Shown here: one piece after another, positions 9,076 to 17,245 of the stretch | How positions within the stretch are numbered: the stretch's first letter is position 1 | Layout of the letters: each line of letters opens with the position of its first letter | Origin: Candidatus Saccharimonadota bacterium | Lineage (GTDB): Bacteria > Patescibacteriota > Saccharimonadia > Saccharimonadales > Saccharimonadaceae | Reading direction: 5' to 3' | DNA length: 32,000 bases | Assembly (NCBI GenBank): GCA_025349965.1 | Contig: CP075337.1 | Span: forward strand, 240,001 to 272,000 | Made by a program: the position numbers and the translations under genes | Notes under the pieces: generated by a model | Database searches by the model: none | Told to the model about the DNA's origin: nothing | The model's input: the letters and a program-made list of their open reading frames with translations, nothing else

Positions 9076-10884
9076 GTGGTGGACAAAGACGATCCAGTAA
9101 AAGATTCCAAACGATGGCGAAGGCTCTCGAAGATGAGCTTTAGTTCTAAAGATCTTTCAAAACGCATGAAGCGAGTTGAAGGTGTTACTGTTCGCCATGC
9201 TCGTCGCTTTGTGTTGAAGCGATGGAGTAGTTTTCGTGACGCTCGGCGACACGTTGCCGTCTGGGTGCTACTTGTTGGGTTGCTTGTCGCAGCTGCGGGT
9301 GTACAGTTTTGGTGGTATCAAAAAAGTTATACTGCCGATGCATATACGACAGATGGCACATATGCCGAAGCGCTTCTTGGTCCGGTTGAAACACTCAACC
9401 CGATATTCGCGCAGTCAAATGCGGAAGAGGCTGCAAGCAAACTCCTCTTTTCAAGGCTTTTTACGTACGATGCTACTGGTAAGGTTGGCTTTGATTTAGC
9501 AAATAGCATGAAGATTAGTGACGATGGGACTGAATATACAATTGGTATTCGGCCTGATGTTCAGTGGAGTGATGGGGTCTACGTGCGAGCCCGTGATGTT
9601 GTATATACGGTAAACCTTATCAAAAACCCCGTAACGCGCTCTACACTTTCTGGGTGGGATGGGGTAATGGTTTCGGCGGTTGATGATGCTACGGTGAAAT
9701 TTAAGCTACCAGCTCCATATGCAGCTTTTCCGCACGCCATTCAGTCACTTCCTGTCTTGCCGGAACATTTGTTGCGTGATGTTGAGCCGAGTCGCATGCG
9801 TGAAAACTCGTTTAGTATGCGACCCGTAGGGAGTGGTCCATTTACACTACGTCTTCTTCAGACAATTGACAGCACGGCTGGCCGAAAGGTTGTTCATCTT
9901 GCCCGTAGTCAGAACTTCCATGGCGGCACTCCTCGCCTTAGTAGGGTGCAGCTCCATGTCTATAAAGATACAGAGGCGATTCGCCATGCATTGGCGACTT
10001 CGGAGGTTAATGCTGCGAATGATCTTTCAATCATCGGCGCAAGGGAGGCCGCGGGTAAGCGGTATAGTCTCAGCACTGTACCGGTGAAGGGTGGAGTGTA
10101 CGCTTTGTTCAATACTACTGCAAGCACTCTTAGAGACGCGAAGGTTCGTCAGGCGCTTCAGATTGGGACTGACACTGATGCAGTGCGCAACTCTATTGCA
10201 GAAGGTATTCCATCACTCCATCTCCCGTTTGTGAATGGGCAGGTTGGCGGAAGTATGCCAAAGGCACCGACATACAGCAAAAGTGATGCGGAAAAGATTC
10301 TCGACGATGCTGGATGGAAACTTGATGGCTCTGTACGCAAAAAAGATGGAGTTGCTCTTGAGCTCTCTGTTGTAACCATGAAGAATGCCGACTACGAGCG
10401 AGCACTAAAGACGCTATCTGAGCAGTGGCAGGGTCTTGGTATATCAGTGAAAACTGAAGTTGTTGACCCGACTGATGTTACACAGAATGTTACGCAAAAT
10501 ATCCTACAACCTCGACGCTACGATGTTCTTATCTATCAGCTCTCTATCGGTGGAGACCCGGATGTGTATGCGTACTGGCATAGCTCGGGTGCGGATGATG
10601 GGTATAATTTCTCCAATTACAGCAATCCTGTCAGTGATGATGCACTTGTGAGCGCGCGTACGAGCACAAACCCGGCACTTCGGGCTGCGAAGTATGCTAC
10701 GTTTGCGAAAGAATGGATGAAAGACGTGCCGGCAATCGGTTTGTATCAGGCAACTGTGCAATATGTACATTCGCACCATGTACATGTTGACGCCTCTTCT
10801 ATGGTTCTTAATATTCCAACGGATAGGTATAACTCAGTCCGCTATTGGTATGTTGGCGAACGGCAAGTATTTACGACACCATAA
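9076..10884 (+). CDS. ABC transporter substrate-binding protein, family 5 (peptide/nickel, OppA/DppA-like), N-terminally membrane-anchored
   Basis: A basic N-terminal region of about 60 aa and one TM helix (VAVWVLLVGLLVAAAGVQFWWY) precede a family-5 SBP body (LLFSRLFTYD...GKVGFDLA...WSDG, PVGSGPF). The start is uncertain: GTG 9076, GTG 9079 or ATG 9133. Confidence 0.8.
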   Translation: MVDKDDPVKDSKRWRRLSKMSFSSKDLSKRMKRVEGVTVRHARRFVLKRWSSFRDARRHVAVWVLLVGLLVAAAGVQFWWYQKSYTADAYTTDGTYAEALLGPVETLNPIFAQSNAEEAASKLLFSRLFTYDATGKVGFDLANSMKISDDGTEYTIGIRPDVQWSDGVYVRARDVVYTVNLIKNPVTRSTLSGWDGVMVSAVDDATVKFKLPAPYAAFPHAIQSLPVLPEHLLRDVEPSRMRENSFSMRPVGSGPFTLRLLQTIDSTAGRKVVHLARSQNFHGGTPRLSRVQLHVYKDTEAIRHALATSEVNAANDLSIIGAREAAGKRYSLSTVPVKGGVYALFNTTASTLRDAKVRQALQIGTDTDAVRNSIAEGIPSLHLPFVNGQVGGSMPKAPTYSKSDAEKILDDAGWKLDGSVRKKDGVALELSVVTMKNADYERALKTLSEQWQGLGISVKTEVVDPTDVTQNVTQNILQPRRYDVLIYQLSIGGDPDVYAYWHSSGADDGYNFSNYSNPVSDDALVSARTSTNPALRAAKYATFAKEWMKDVPAIGLYQATVQYVHSHHVHVDASSMVLNIPTDRYNSVRYWYVGERQVFTTP

Positions 10885-10927
10885 GGTGTCGTTTTCTTTG
10901 TTTGGGAGTGGTGGCAATCGATAATAA

Positions 10928-10952
10928 AAAACTTCCCAAAAAAGGAAGTTTT
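10928..10952. terminator. bidirectional hairpin terminator between the SBP gene (+) and tRNA-Val (-)
   Basis: Stem AAAACTTCC (10928-10936) / GGAAGTTTT (10944-10952) with loop CAAAAAA. The A and T runs form part of the stem. Confidence 0.7.
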
Positions 10953-10964
10953 ATCATTTCTATA

Positions 10965-11041
10965 TGGTGGGCGCTGAGGGGCTCGAACCCCCGACCCCCT
11001 CGGTGTAAACGAGGTGCTCTAGCCAACTGAGCTAAGCGCCC
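10965..11041 (-). tRNA. tRNA-Val (anticodon UAC), CCA encoded
   Basis: The reverse complement folds as a cloverleaf: acceptor GGGCGCT/AGCGCCC, D-arm GCTC-AGTTGGCTA-GAGC, anticodon arm CCTCG-TTTACAC-CGAGG, T-loop TTCGAGC, 3' ACCA. Confidence 0.95.
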
Positions 11042-11110
11042 GGGTCTGTAGTAGTTACTACAGTACATAACTATACACTACGAGAGGTGTCATTGCAAGG
11101 GCTTAGTTCA

Positions 11111-11139
11111 TTGCCTTTTTATGTAAATTATGGTATAAT
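11111..11139 (+). promoter_or_regulatory. sigma-70-type promoter (TTGCCT-17 nt-TATAAT with TGg extension) for ORF 11177
   Basis: -35 TTGCCT at 11111-11116, a 17-nt spacer, and TGG TATAAT at 11131-11139. Confidence 0.6.
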
Positions 11140-11176
11140 AAAATAGTACCTTGATGATCGAGTGATTGGATATGCA

Positions 11177-11497
11177 ATGGACGTTGAAGGTGGTACCGCG
11201 TATGAGGCGGGAGACCTGACTTCCGACCACGGTGTGGAAATATTCCGCGCCTGGAAGAAGTCGCTTCCGGGCTACGACTGGACGAGGGCTGTAGTCGACA
11301 GGTATGACGGCTTGACGCTGTTTACCGACGATGAGTTTTCCGCTAGTCTTCACTTCGTGAATGCACTGTGTGGATACGGAGGATCTGGTCCGCATGCAAC
11401 TGCCGAGATCTTGCATGAAGCTGGCTTTGGCGAGCTGGGTGAATTGCTCGGGACGGTAAGTAGCGGCGCAAACACGAAACTCAGTTTCACGAAGTAG
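11177..11497 (+). CDS. hypothetical small protein (106 aa) with CGYGGSGPHATAEIL motif; higher GC than its surroundings
   Basis: Open frame with its own promoter and a strong terminator. Hand-counted GC is 90/154 (58%) from 11177. No family recognised. The start is ATG 11177 or GTG 11162. Confidence 0.55.
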   Translation: MDVEGGTAYEAGDLTSDHGVEIFRAWKKSLPGYDWTRAVVDRYDGLTLFTDDEFSASLHFVNALCGYGGSGPHATAEILHEAGFGELGELLGTVSSGANTKLSFTK

Positions 11498-11511
11498 CCT
11501 TCATCAAGGGT

Positions 11512-11550
11512 GGCCCGGTGATATAGTTCACCGGGCCCTCTTTCTTTTCT
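11512..11550 (+). terminator. rho-independent terminator of ORF 11177
   Basis: 10-bp GC-rich stem GGCCCGGTGA (11512-11521) / TCACCGGGCC (11528-11537) with a 6-nt loop. A T-rich tail TCTTTCTTTTCT follows. Confidence 0.8.
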
Positions 11551-11560
11551 ACGCAAATGA

Positions 11561-11569
11561 TGTTACAAT
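11561..11569 (+). promoter_or_regulatory. extended -10 (TGtTACAAT) upstream of tRNA-Leu(GAG)
   Basis: TG at 11561-11562 and TACAAT at 11564-11569. The tRNA 5' end is at 11597. Confidence 0.5.
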
Positions 11570-11596
11570 TAACAAGTTCTACCGAACACTTAGCAT

Positions 11597-11684
11597 GCGG
11601 CGGTGGCGGAATTGGTAGACGCGCTAGCTTGAGGGGCTAGTGAGCATTGCGCTCGTGGAGGTTCAAGTCCTCTTCGCCGCACCA
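11597..11684 (+). tRNA. tRNA-Leu (anticodon GAG), long variable arm, CCA encoded
   Basis: Acceptor GCGGCGG/TCGCCGC, anticodon arm CTAGC-TTGAGGG-GCTAG, a long variable arm, T-arm GGAGG-TTCAAGT-CCTCT, 3' ACCA. Confidence 0.95.
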
Positions 11685-11748
11685 GTAGAGAGTATAAAGA
11701 TTCCAGAATTTGGGATCTTTTTTATTGAAAGTGATAAAGCACCTAGAT

Positions 11749-11770
11749 GCTCACGCTTGTGAGCTTTTTC
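11749..11770 (+). terminator. hairpin terminator downstream of tRNA-Leu(GAG)
   Basis: Perfect stem GCTCAC (11749-11754) / GTGAGC (11759-11764) with loop GCTT, followed by TTTTTC. Confidence 0.65.
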
Positions 11771-11868
11771 GAGACGTCGTATACTGACGGTAGTCGCCAT
11801 TCGGACTAAGAGTGGACTCTGGGCTTTGGAGGGGCGACGTCGGCGCGATAGTGAAAGTGAGGATGACT

Positions 11869-12099
11869 ATGGGATGTCATGATCGAGAAAGTAATTACAA
11901 CGCTTTGAAGTATCACGAAGAGAAGGGGTGTTGGCTGGCGGGCTGGTCGCCCGGTATTCGGTCAATCGAGGCGCTGGATCGTGACCGGGTTATCGAGAAG
12001 ATTGGCTCTGGTTGGCCAGGCGCTTCAATCGATGACTGGGATATCGTCCAACTGGACTCCGGCTCTTGGAAGGCTACCTATAAAGTACGCGTGCCTTGA
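11869..12099 (+). CDS. hypothetical small protein (76 aa), Trp/Gly-rich, no recognised family
   Basis: GAGGA (11859-11863) sits 5 nt before the ATG at 11869. The track's GTG 11812 start lacks an SD. Hand-counted GC is 123/229 (54%). TATACT lies at 11780-11785 upstream. Confidence 0.45.
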   Translation: MGCHDRESNYNALKYHEEKGCWLAGWSPGIRSIEALDRDRVIEKIGSGWPGASIDDWDIVQLDSGSWKATYKVRVP

Positions 12100-12187
12100 C
12101 TCAACCTGCATTTGCGAGCGGATGATGTTCTTTGGTGAACTCTCCGCTCGTAGATGCGGGTTATTTTTTTGATTAAAACCGAATTTA

Positions 12188-12196
12188 TGCTATAAT
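12188..12196 (+). promoter_or_regulatory. extended -10 (TGcTATAAT) for typA
   Basis: TG at 12188-12189 and TATAAT at 12191-12196. A roughly 40-nt leader carries SD GGGAGGG (12227-12233) before the ATG at 12243. Confidence 0.55.
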
Positions 12197-12242
12197 TAAG
12201 GTAAGTAACTTATCTACGTAGCCCAAGGGAGGGCTTATTTTC

Positions 12243-14063
12243 ATGAAAGACCCAAAATTTATTCGAAATATTGCCATCATTGCGCACGTTGACCATGGTA
12301 AGACAACACTTGTTGATGGCCTCCTCAAGCAGAGTAATACATTCCGCGAAAACCAGGCTGAAATGGACCAATCGCTTATCATGGACAGTGGTGATCAAGA
12401 GCACGAGCGCGGGATTACCATCACGGCAAAGCAGACCTCTGTCTATCACGGTGATTACAAGATTAATATTATTGACACCCCGGGGCACGCCGACTTCTCT
12501 GGTGAGGTTGAGCGCACGCTCAACATGGCTGACGGTGTTATTTTGGTTGTTGACTCTCAAGAGGGTCCAATGCCACAAACAAAGTTCGTTCTTTCAAAGG
12601 CACTTGAGCTTGGCTTAAAGCCGGTTGTGATGATTAACAAGATTGATAAGCCATCTCGCCGCATCTCAGAAGTAGAAGATGAAGTTTCTGAACTTTTCTT
12701 GGAGCTTGCGATTGACGACAGTCAGCTTCACTACCCGATTTATTACGCAATTGGTCGTGACGGTAAGGCGTGGAGTAGCCTTCCTGATAACCCATCTGAG
12801 CATGCAGACCTTGAGCCAATTTTTGATGCCATTATTAACGACATTCCGGCGCCAACAGTTGAGCTTGAAAAGCCATTCCAGATGCTTGTGACATCTCTTT
12901 ATCATGATTCTTTCCTTGGTAAGTATGCAATCGGACGTATTAACCGAGGCTCTCTTAAGCAAGGTCAGCAAATCGCGCTCATGAAGCGTGGTGGCGCTGT
13001 TGTAAGCGCTAAGGTTGATAAGCTTTTCGGATATCGCGGGCTTAATCGCGAAGAAATTAGCGAAGCCGGGGCGGGTGACATTGTTGCTGTGACTGGTATT
13101 GCAGATGCGCACATTGGTGAAACGCTTGCTGATAAAGAGCAGCCTGAAGCGCTCCCTGTGATTGATATTGAAGCACCGACAATTAGCATGTACCTCGGCC
13201 CAAATACGAGTCCACTCAAGGGTAAGGAAGCGAAGTACAACACAAGCCGCCAAATTGGTGACCGTCTTAAGCAAGAACTTGAGACGAATGTCTCACTTCG
13301 CGTTGCTGAAGAGGGGATTGGATTTGTCGTTTCTGGTCGTGGCGAACTTCACCTCTCCGTACTTATTGAGACACTCCGTCGCGAAGACTTTGAATTTGAA
13401 GTTGGGCGGCCACAGGTGGTGACAATTGAAGAAGACGGCGTTACCAAAGAGCCAATTGAAGAGCTTCTTATTGAAGTATCTGCAGAATTCCTCGGTGCAG
13501 TAAGCCAAGAGCTTGGTGCGCGTCGCGCAACCACCGTGAAGCAGGAACAGACAAGTAGTGGCACGACTCGCGTGACGTATCTTATTCCAACTCGCGCGAT
13601 GATTGGTCTTCGCAATCTTCTCCTTACCGCAACCAAGGGAACGGTGATTATGAATAGCCTTCCTCACGGCTATCAACCACTCGGTCCAAAGCTTCAGCAA
13701 CTTCGCAACGGTGCACTTGTTGCGCACGAAGCAGGCGTCACAACTGCCTACGCGCTTGATACGGCAGCTGCACGCGGCGAGCTTTTCGTTGGTCCAGGCG
13801 TAACGGTATATCAGGGTATGATTGTTGGTCTCTATAACCGTGCCGGTGATCTTGACATTAACGTCTGTAAGGCGAAGCAACTTACAAATATGCGTAGCTC
13901 TTCAAGTGATGGTGCTATTCAGCTTACTCCTTATACCGACTTGAGCCTTGAGCAGTCAATTGACTTCATTGAAGATGACGAGCTGCTTGAAGTAACGCCG
14001 CAGAATCTTCGTCTTCGCAAGCGCTATCTTGATCCAAACCAGCGCAAGCGCGCAAACAAGTAG
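12243..14063 (+). CDS. typA: translational GTPase TypA/BipA
   Basis: [19 protein letters not shown] (G1), DTPGHADF (G3) and NKIDK (G4). The 606-aa length and the C-terminal [22 protein letters not shown] are typical of BipA. Confidence 0.95.
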   Translation: MKDPKFIRNIAIIAHVDHGKTTLVDGLLKQSNTFRENQAEMDQSLIMDSGDQEHERGITITAKQTSVYHGDYKINIIDTPGHADFSGEVERTLNMADGVILVVDSQEGPMPQTKFVLSKALELGLKPVVMINKIDKPSRRISEVEDEVSELFLELAIDDSQLHYPIYYAIGRDGKAWSSLPDNPSEHADLEPIFDAIINDIPAPTVELEKPFQMLVTSLYHDSFLGKYAIGRINRGSLKQGQQIALMKRGGAVVSAKVDKLFGYRGLNREEISEAGAGDIVAVTGIADAHIGETLADKEQPEALPVIDIEAPTISMYLGPNTSPLKGKEAKYNTSRQIGDRLKQELETNVSLRVAEEGIGFVVSGRGELHLSVLIETLRREDFEFEVGRPQVVTIEEDGVTKEPIEELLIEVSAEFLGAVSQELGARRATTVKQEQTSSGTTRVTYLIPTRAMIGLRNLLLTATKGTVIMNSLPHGYQPLGPKLQQLRNGALVAHEAGVTTAYALDTAAARGELFVGPGVTVYQGMIVGLYNRAGDLDINVCKAKQLTNMRSSSSDGAIQLTPYTDLSLEQSIDFIEDDELLEVTPQNLRLRKRYLDPNQRKRANK

Positions 14064-14106
14064 CCTTCTTGTTTAGTGGGTGCGCCAGCTCTATACTAGA
14101 AAGAGT

Positions 14107-15687
14107 ATGGCGCGAAAAATAAACACCGACCCCATTAAGACCGCCCTTGTTAAAACTGCCGGCTTGCTATTAAAGTCTGATAAAGACGTTGACGAGAAGC
14201 TTGGTGAGTTGCTTCTTGATGTGCAGCGAATGAACTTGTATGGCGACGGAAAGACGTTTGTTGATTTAGTGCCAGCTCGTCGCCTTAAGACGATTAAAGA
14301 GGAATATGCACTCGTAAAGCAAGACCCGCACTTTGATTTGCGTGAGTTTGTGGCGCGTCATTTCTATGATGCGACAGAGGGTATATATCCGCATCAAGAT
14401 AGTGCTCGCCCAAGTGACACTCCGCTTGAACATATCGAAGGTCTCTGGAAGATTCTAGAGAGGCGTAATCGAGTGACGCGTGGCTCGTTGCTTGCATTGC
14501 CGTATACATATGTTGTACCTGGTGGTCGGTTTAATGAGCAGTTTTACTGGGATACCTATTTCATTATGCTAGGACTCGCCTCGTCTGGTAAGTGGAAGCG
14601 TATAGAGGGGATGATGAAAAATTATACCCATGAGATCCGGAAATATGGGTATATACCCACGGCAAATCGAACCTATCTTTTGAGCCGCTCTCAGCCGCCC
14701 TTCTTTTCGCATATGGTGACGTTGCTTGCTTCGCACAGGCGAAAGGGTACAGTACTCCGTGAATATCTGCCGTATCTTTTGGCTGAACATCGATTTTGGA
14801 TGCGTGGACGGTCAAAGCTTGCTGCTACAGAGCATAATGCATTTCGCCGCGTGGTGAGCATGGTGGATGGAGCGCTCATGAATAGGTATTATGATAACAA
14901 GGCTACGCCTCGGCCAGAATCTTTGCGGGAAGATATGGAGACCGCTGAAAAATCGGGGCGAGCGGATCCTGATCGGCTTTATCTTCATCTTAGGGCGGGT
15001 GCTGAATCAGGTTGGGACTTTAGTTCGCGGTGGTTTTTAGATCCATATGATATTCACACGATTCACACGGCAGATATTATTCCAGCTGATTTGAATAGTC
15101 TGCTGTATCATCTTGAAATGACTATTGCTGATGCGTACCGTGCATCACTGAATTTGGTAAAGGCTCGGCAATTTAAGAAAAAAGCAAAGCAGCGGGCAGT
15201 GGCGATTGATACGTATCTCTGGGATGAAGATACGGGATTTTATAGAGATTACAATTTTCACCACCAGTCATCTATGCCGGTGCTTAGCTTGGCTGGAGTA
15301 TTTCCCCTCTATGTAGGCATTGCAACACAGGCGCAGGCAGATAGGGTGGCACGAGTTTTGGAGCGAGATTTTTTACGCCCCGGTGGTTTAGTGGCGACAC
15401 TTATTGAAAACGGACAACAGTGGGATGCGCCCAACGGCTGGGCGCCACTTCACTGGATTGTCATTCAGGGTTTGAGAAGATACGGACACACTGAACTGGC
15501 GGATACGATTACCGAGCGTTGGCTTACTCTGAACGAAAAGGTGTATGCGGAGAGTGGAAAATTTATTGAGAAATATGACGTTGGGAGCGAAGATGGCTTG
15601 GGTGCTGGTGGCGAATATACGCTCCAGGATGGGTTTGGCTGGACGAACGGGGTGTACGAAGCCCTTAAGCGAGATTTGCGTATTTAA
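14107..15687 (+). CDS. alpha,alpha-trehalase, glycoside hydrolase family 37, no signal peptide (cytoplasmic type)
   Basis: Both GH37 signature motifs are present: PGGRFNEQFYWDTYF and QWDAPNGWAPL. The ATG at 14107 follows TATACT (14092-14097). The track's GTG at 14080 is a possible alternative start. Confidence 0.9.
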   Translation: MARKINTDPIKTALVKTAGLLLKSDKDVDEKLGELLLDVQRMNLYGDGKTFVDLVPARRLKTIKEEYALVKQDPHFDLREFVARHFYDATEGIYPHQDSARPSDTPLEHIEGLWKILERRNRVTRGSLLALPYTYVVPGGRFNEQFYWDTYFIMLGLASSGKWKRIEGMMKNYTHEIRKYGYIPTANRTYLLSRSQPPFFSHMVTLLASHRRKGTVLREYLPYLLAEHRFWMRGRSKLAATEHNAFRRVVSMVDGALMNRYYDNKATPRPESLREDMETAEKSGRADPDRLYLHLRAGAESGWDFSSRWFLDPYDIHTIHTADIIPADLNSLLYHLEMTIADAYRASLNLVKARQFKKKAKQRAVAIDTYLWDEDTGFYRDYNFHHQSSMPVLSLAGVFPLYVGIATQAQADRVARVLERDFLRPGGLVATLIENGQQWDAPNGWAPLHWIVIQGLRRYGHTELADTITERWLTLNEKVYAESGKFIEKYDVGSEDGLGAGGEYTLQDGFGWTNGVYEALKRDLRI

Positions 15688-16868
15688 AAAATCTTCTCGT
15701 CTTTTAGCTCTTCTGGAAGAAACCCTTTTTGGTGCTTAAAGTCCGCTTCCCATTTATAATCTTTGGCGTAGCCCAGATCTTTCATGAGTTTTGTTGGTGC
15801 ATTGCGTAGGTGAAGCGGTACGGGCGCGTCTGGGTATTGTTTTGCAAGCTGCTGCGCTTTATGCATAGCGCTGGTTGTGTGGCGAGATTTTTCTGATTTT
15901 GCTAATGCGGTTGCCACGTGAAAAAGAATATAACTTGATTCGGGCATGCCAATCCGTTCTACTGCTTGGAATGCATTGAGTGCTAGGCCAAGAGCGCCGT
16001 TGCCTGCAAGGCCAATATCCTCGGAAGCAAAAATAAGCATACGGCGGGCGATAAATTTCGGATCTTCGCCAGCGTCAATCATGCGGGCAAGGTAGTAGAG
16101 CGTTGCATCAACATTGCTTCCGCGCATACTTTTAATAAATGCAGAAATAACGTTATAGTGCATTTCACCTTTTTTGTCGTAGCCAGGTACGCGTTTTTGA
16201 GCCGCGGTTTTAACGGTTTCAATAGTAACTTTTTTACTAAGATTAAGCGCTAACTCTAAATTACCAAGTGCGACGCGTGCATCTCCGCCGGAAAGCTCCG
16301 CTATATAATCAAGTGCGTCGTCTGAAACGCGTTTGGTTGCTTTTTCTGCAGTCACAGCACGGTGAAGGATAGTTAGCATGTCTTTCTTGGCGAGCGGCTC
16401 AAGTACGAGAACGCGACTGCGACTCAGGAGCGGGGTGATAACTTCAAAGCTCGGGTTTTCGGTCGTGGCGCCAATAAGAGTAATAAGCCCAGACTCTACA
16501 TGGGGCAAGAAGGCATCTTGTTGCGCTTTATTGAAGCGGTGAATCTCATCAACAAAAAGGAGCGTACGAAGCTGAAGATTCCAGTTCTGCTTGGCGTGCT
16601 CGATGACTTTCTCAACATCTTTTTTGCCACTTGTGACCGCAGAGAGCTCGATAAACTCTGCCTCGACTTCTTTGGCAATTACCCGTGCGAGCGTGGTTTT
16701 ACCGCTACCAGGAGGTCCCCATAGAATGAGACTGACGGGCTCTCGTGTCGTAACGATTCGTTGAAGAATTTCATTCTTGCCCAATAGATGAGATTGTCCA
16801 ATGACTTCTTCGAGCGTCTGTGGGCGCATGCGTTCAGCAAGAGGGATGCGCGCGGTGTTACTTTCCAC
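15684..16868 (-). CDS. rarA: replication-associated recombination protein A (AAA+ ATPase RarA/MgsA)
   Basis: N-terminus [22 protein letters not shown], Walker [10 protein letters not shown] and Walker [12 protein letters not shown]. The C-terminal MgsA-type helical domain is present. GTG start at 16868. Confidence 0.9.
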   Translation of the reverse strand: MESNTARIPLAERMRPQTLEEVIGQSHLLGKNEILQRIVTTREPVSLILWGPPGSGKTTLARVIAKEVEAEFIELSAVTSGKKDVEKVIEHAKQNWNLQLRTLLFVDEIHRFNKAQQDAFLPHVESGLITLIGATTENPSFEVITPLLSRSRVLVLEPLAKKDMLTILHRAVTAEKATKRVSDDALDYIAELSGGDARVALGNLELALNLSKKVTIETVKTAAQKRVPGYDKKGEMHYNVISAFIKSMRGSNVDATLYYLARMIDAGEDPKFIARRMLIFASEDIGLAGNGALGLALNAFQAVERIGMPESSYILFHVATALAKSEKSRHTTSAMHKAQQLAKQYPDAPVPLHLRNAPTKLMKDLGYAKDYKWEADFKHQKGFLPEELKDEKIF

Positions 16869-17175
16869 GCCTAGCCTTGTCTTTACTGAGTACCCATTGA
16901 ACGGAAGGGCTTACGTCTTTGTCTGTTCGGTGGATGCACCCCATCCAGCAGCAAGGCCTTCTTGTCCCCTCGGAGAGTTCTTCCTCGGCGCGTTTGATGC
17001 GTCGCGTGCGTGTTTCGTTGAGTTTTGCATTTTCAACCCAGCAAATCCATTCATTGCGAGCAAGCGGTGTGATATCATTCCATGTTGCGAGCACTGCCTT
17101 ATTTCTAAGGAGTACTACTTCAAGGTCTTTAGGGAGCTTGTCATGGATAGTGCCTACTGGAGGTGCCTGTTTCAT
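16858..17175 (-). CDS. YdeI/OmpD-associated (OmdA-domain) family protein
   Basis: 105 aa with WNDITPLARNEWICWVENAKLNETRTRRIKRAEEELSEG and a C-terminal RRPCCWMGCIHR, typical of this family. Its 3' end overlaps the rarA start by 11 nt. Confidence 0.7.
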   Translation of the reverse strand: MKQAPPVGTIHDKLPKDLEVVLLRNKAVLATWNDITPLARNEWICWVENAKLNETRTRRIKRAEEELSEGTRRPCCWMGCIHRTDKDVSPSVQWVLSKDKARRGK

Positions 17176-17209
17176 ATATCTATTTTACTACAAATAGGAT
17201 TTACGGGTC

Positions 17210-17218
17210 TGGTATACT
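17210..17218 (+). promoter_or_regulatory. extended -10 (TGgTATACT) for the SPFH gene
   Basis: TGG TATACT at 17210-17218, SD GGGGAG at 17235-17240, ATG at 17246. Confidence 0.55.
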
Positions 17219-17245
17219 AAAGGTAGTAACTAATGGGGAGAGAAT

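Noticed and set aside
11046-11063. The hairpin CTGTAGT-AGTT-ACTACAG, immediately adjacent to the 5' end of tRNA-Val (minus strand).
   Set aside because: It lies in the expected pre-tRNA leader and promoter-proximal region and is only 7 bp. It could be a processing or stability element, but nothing distinguishes it from chance.
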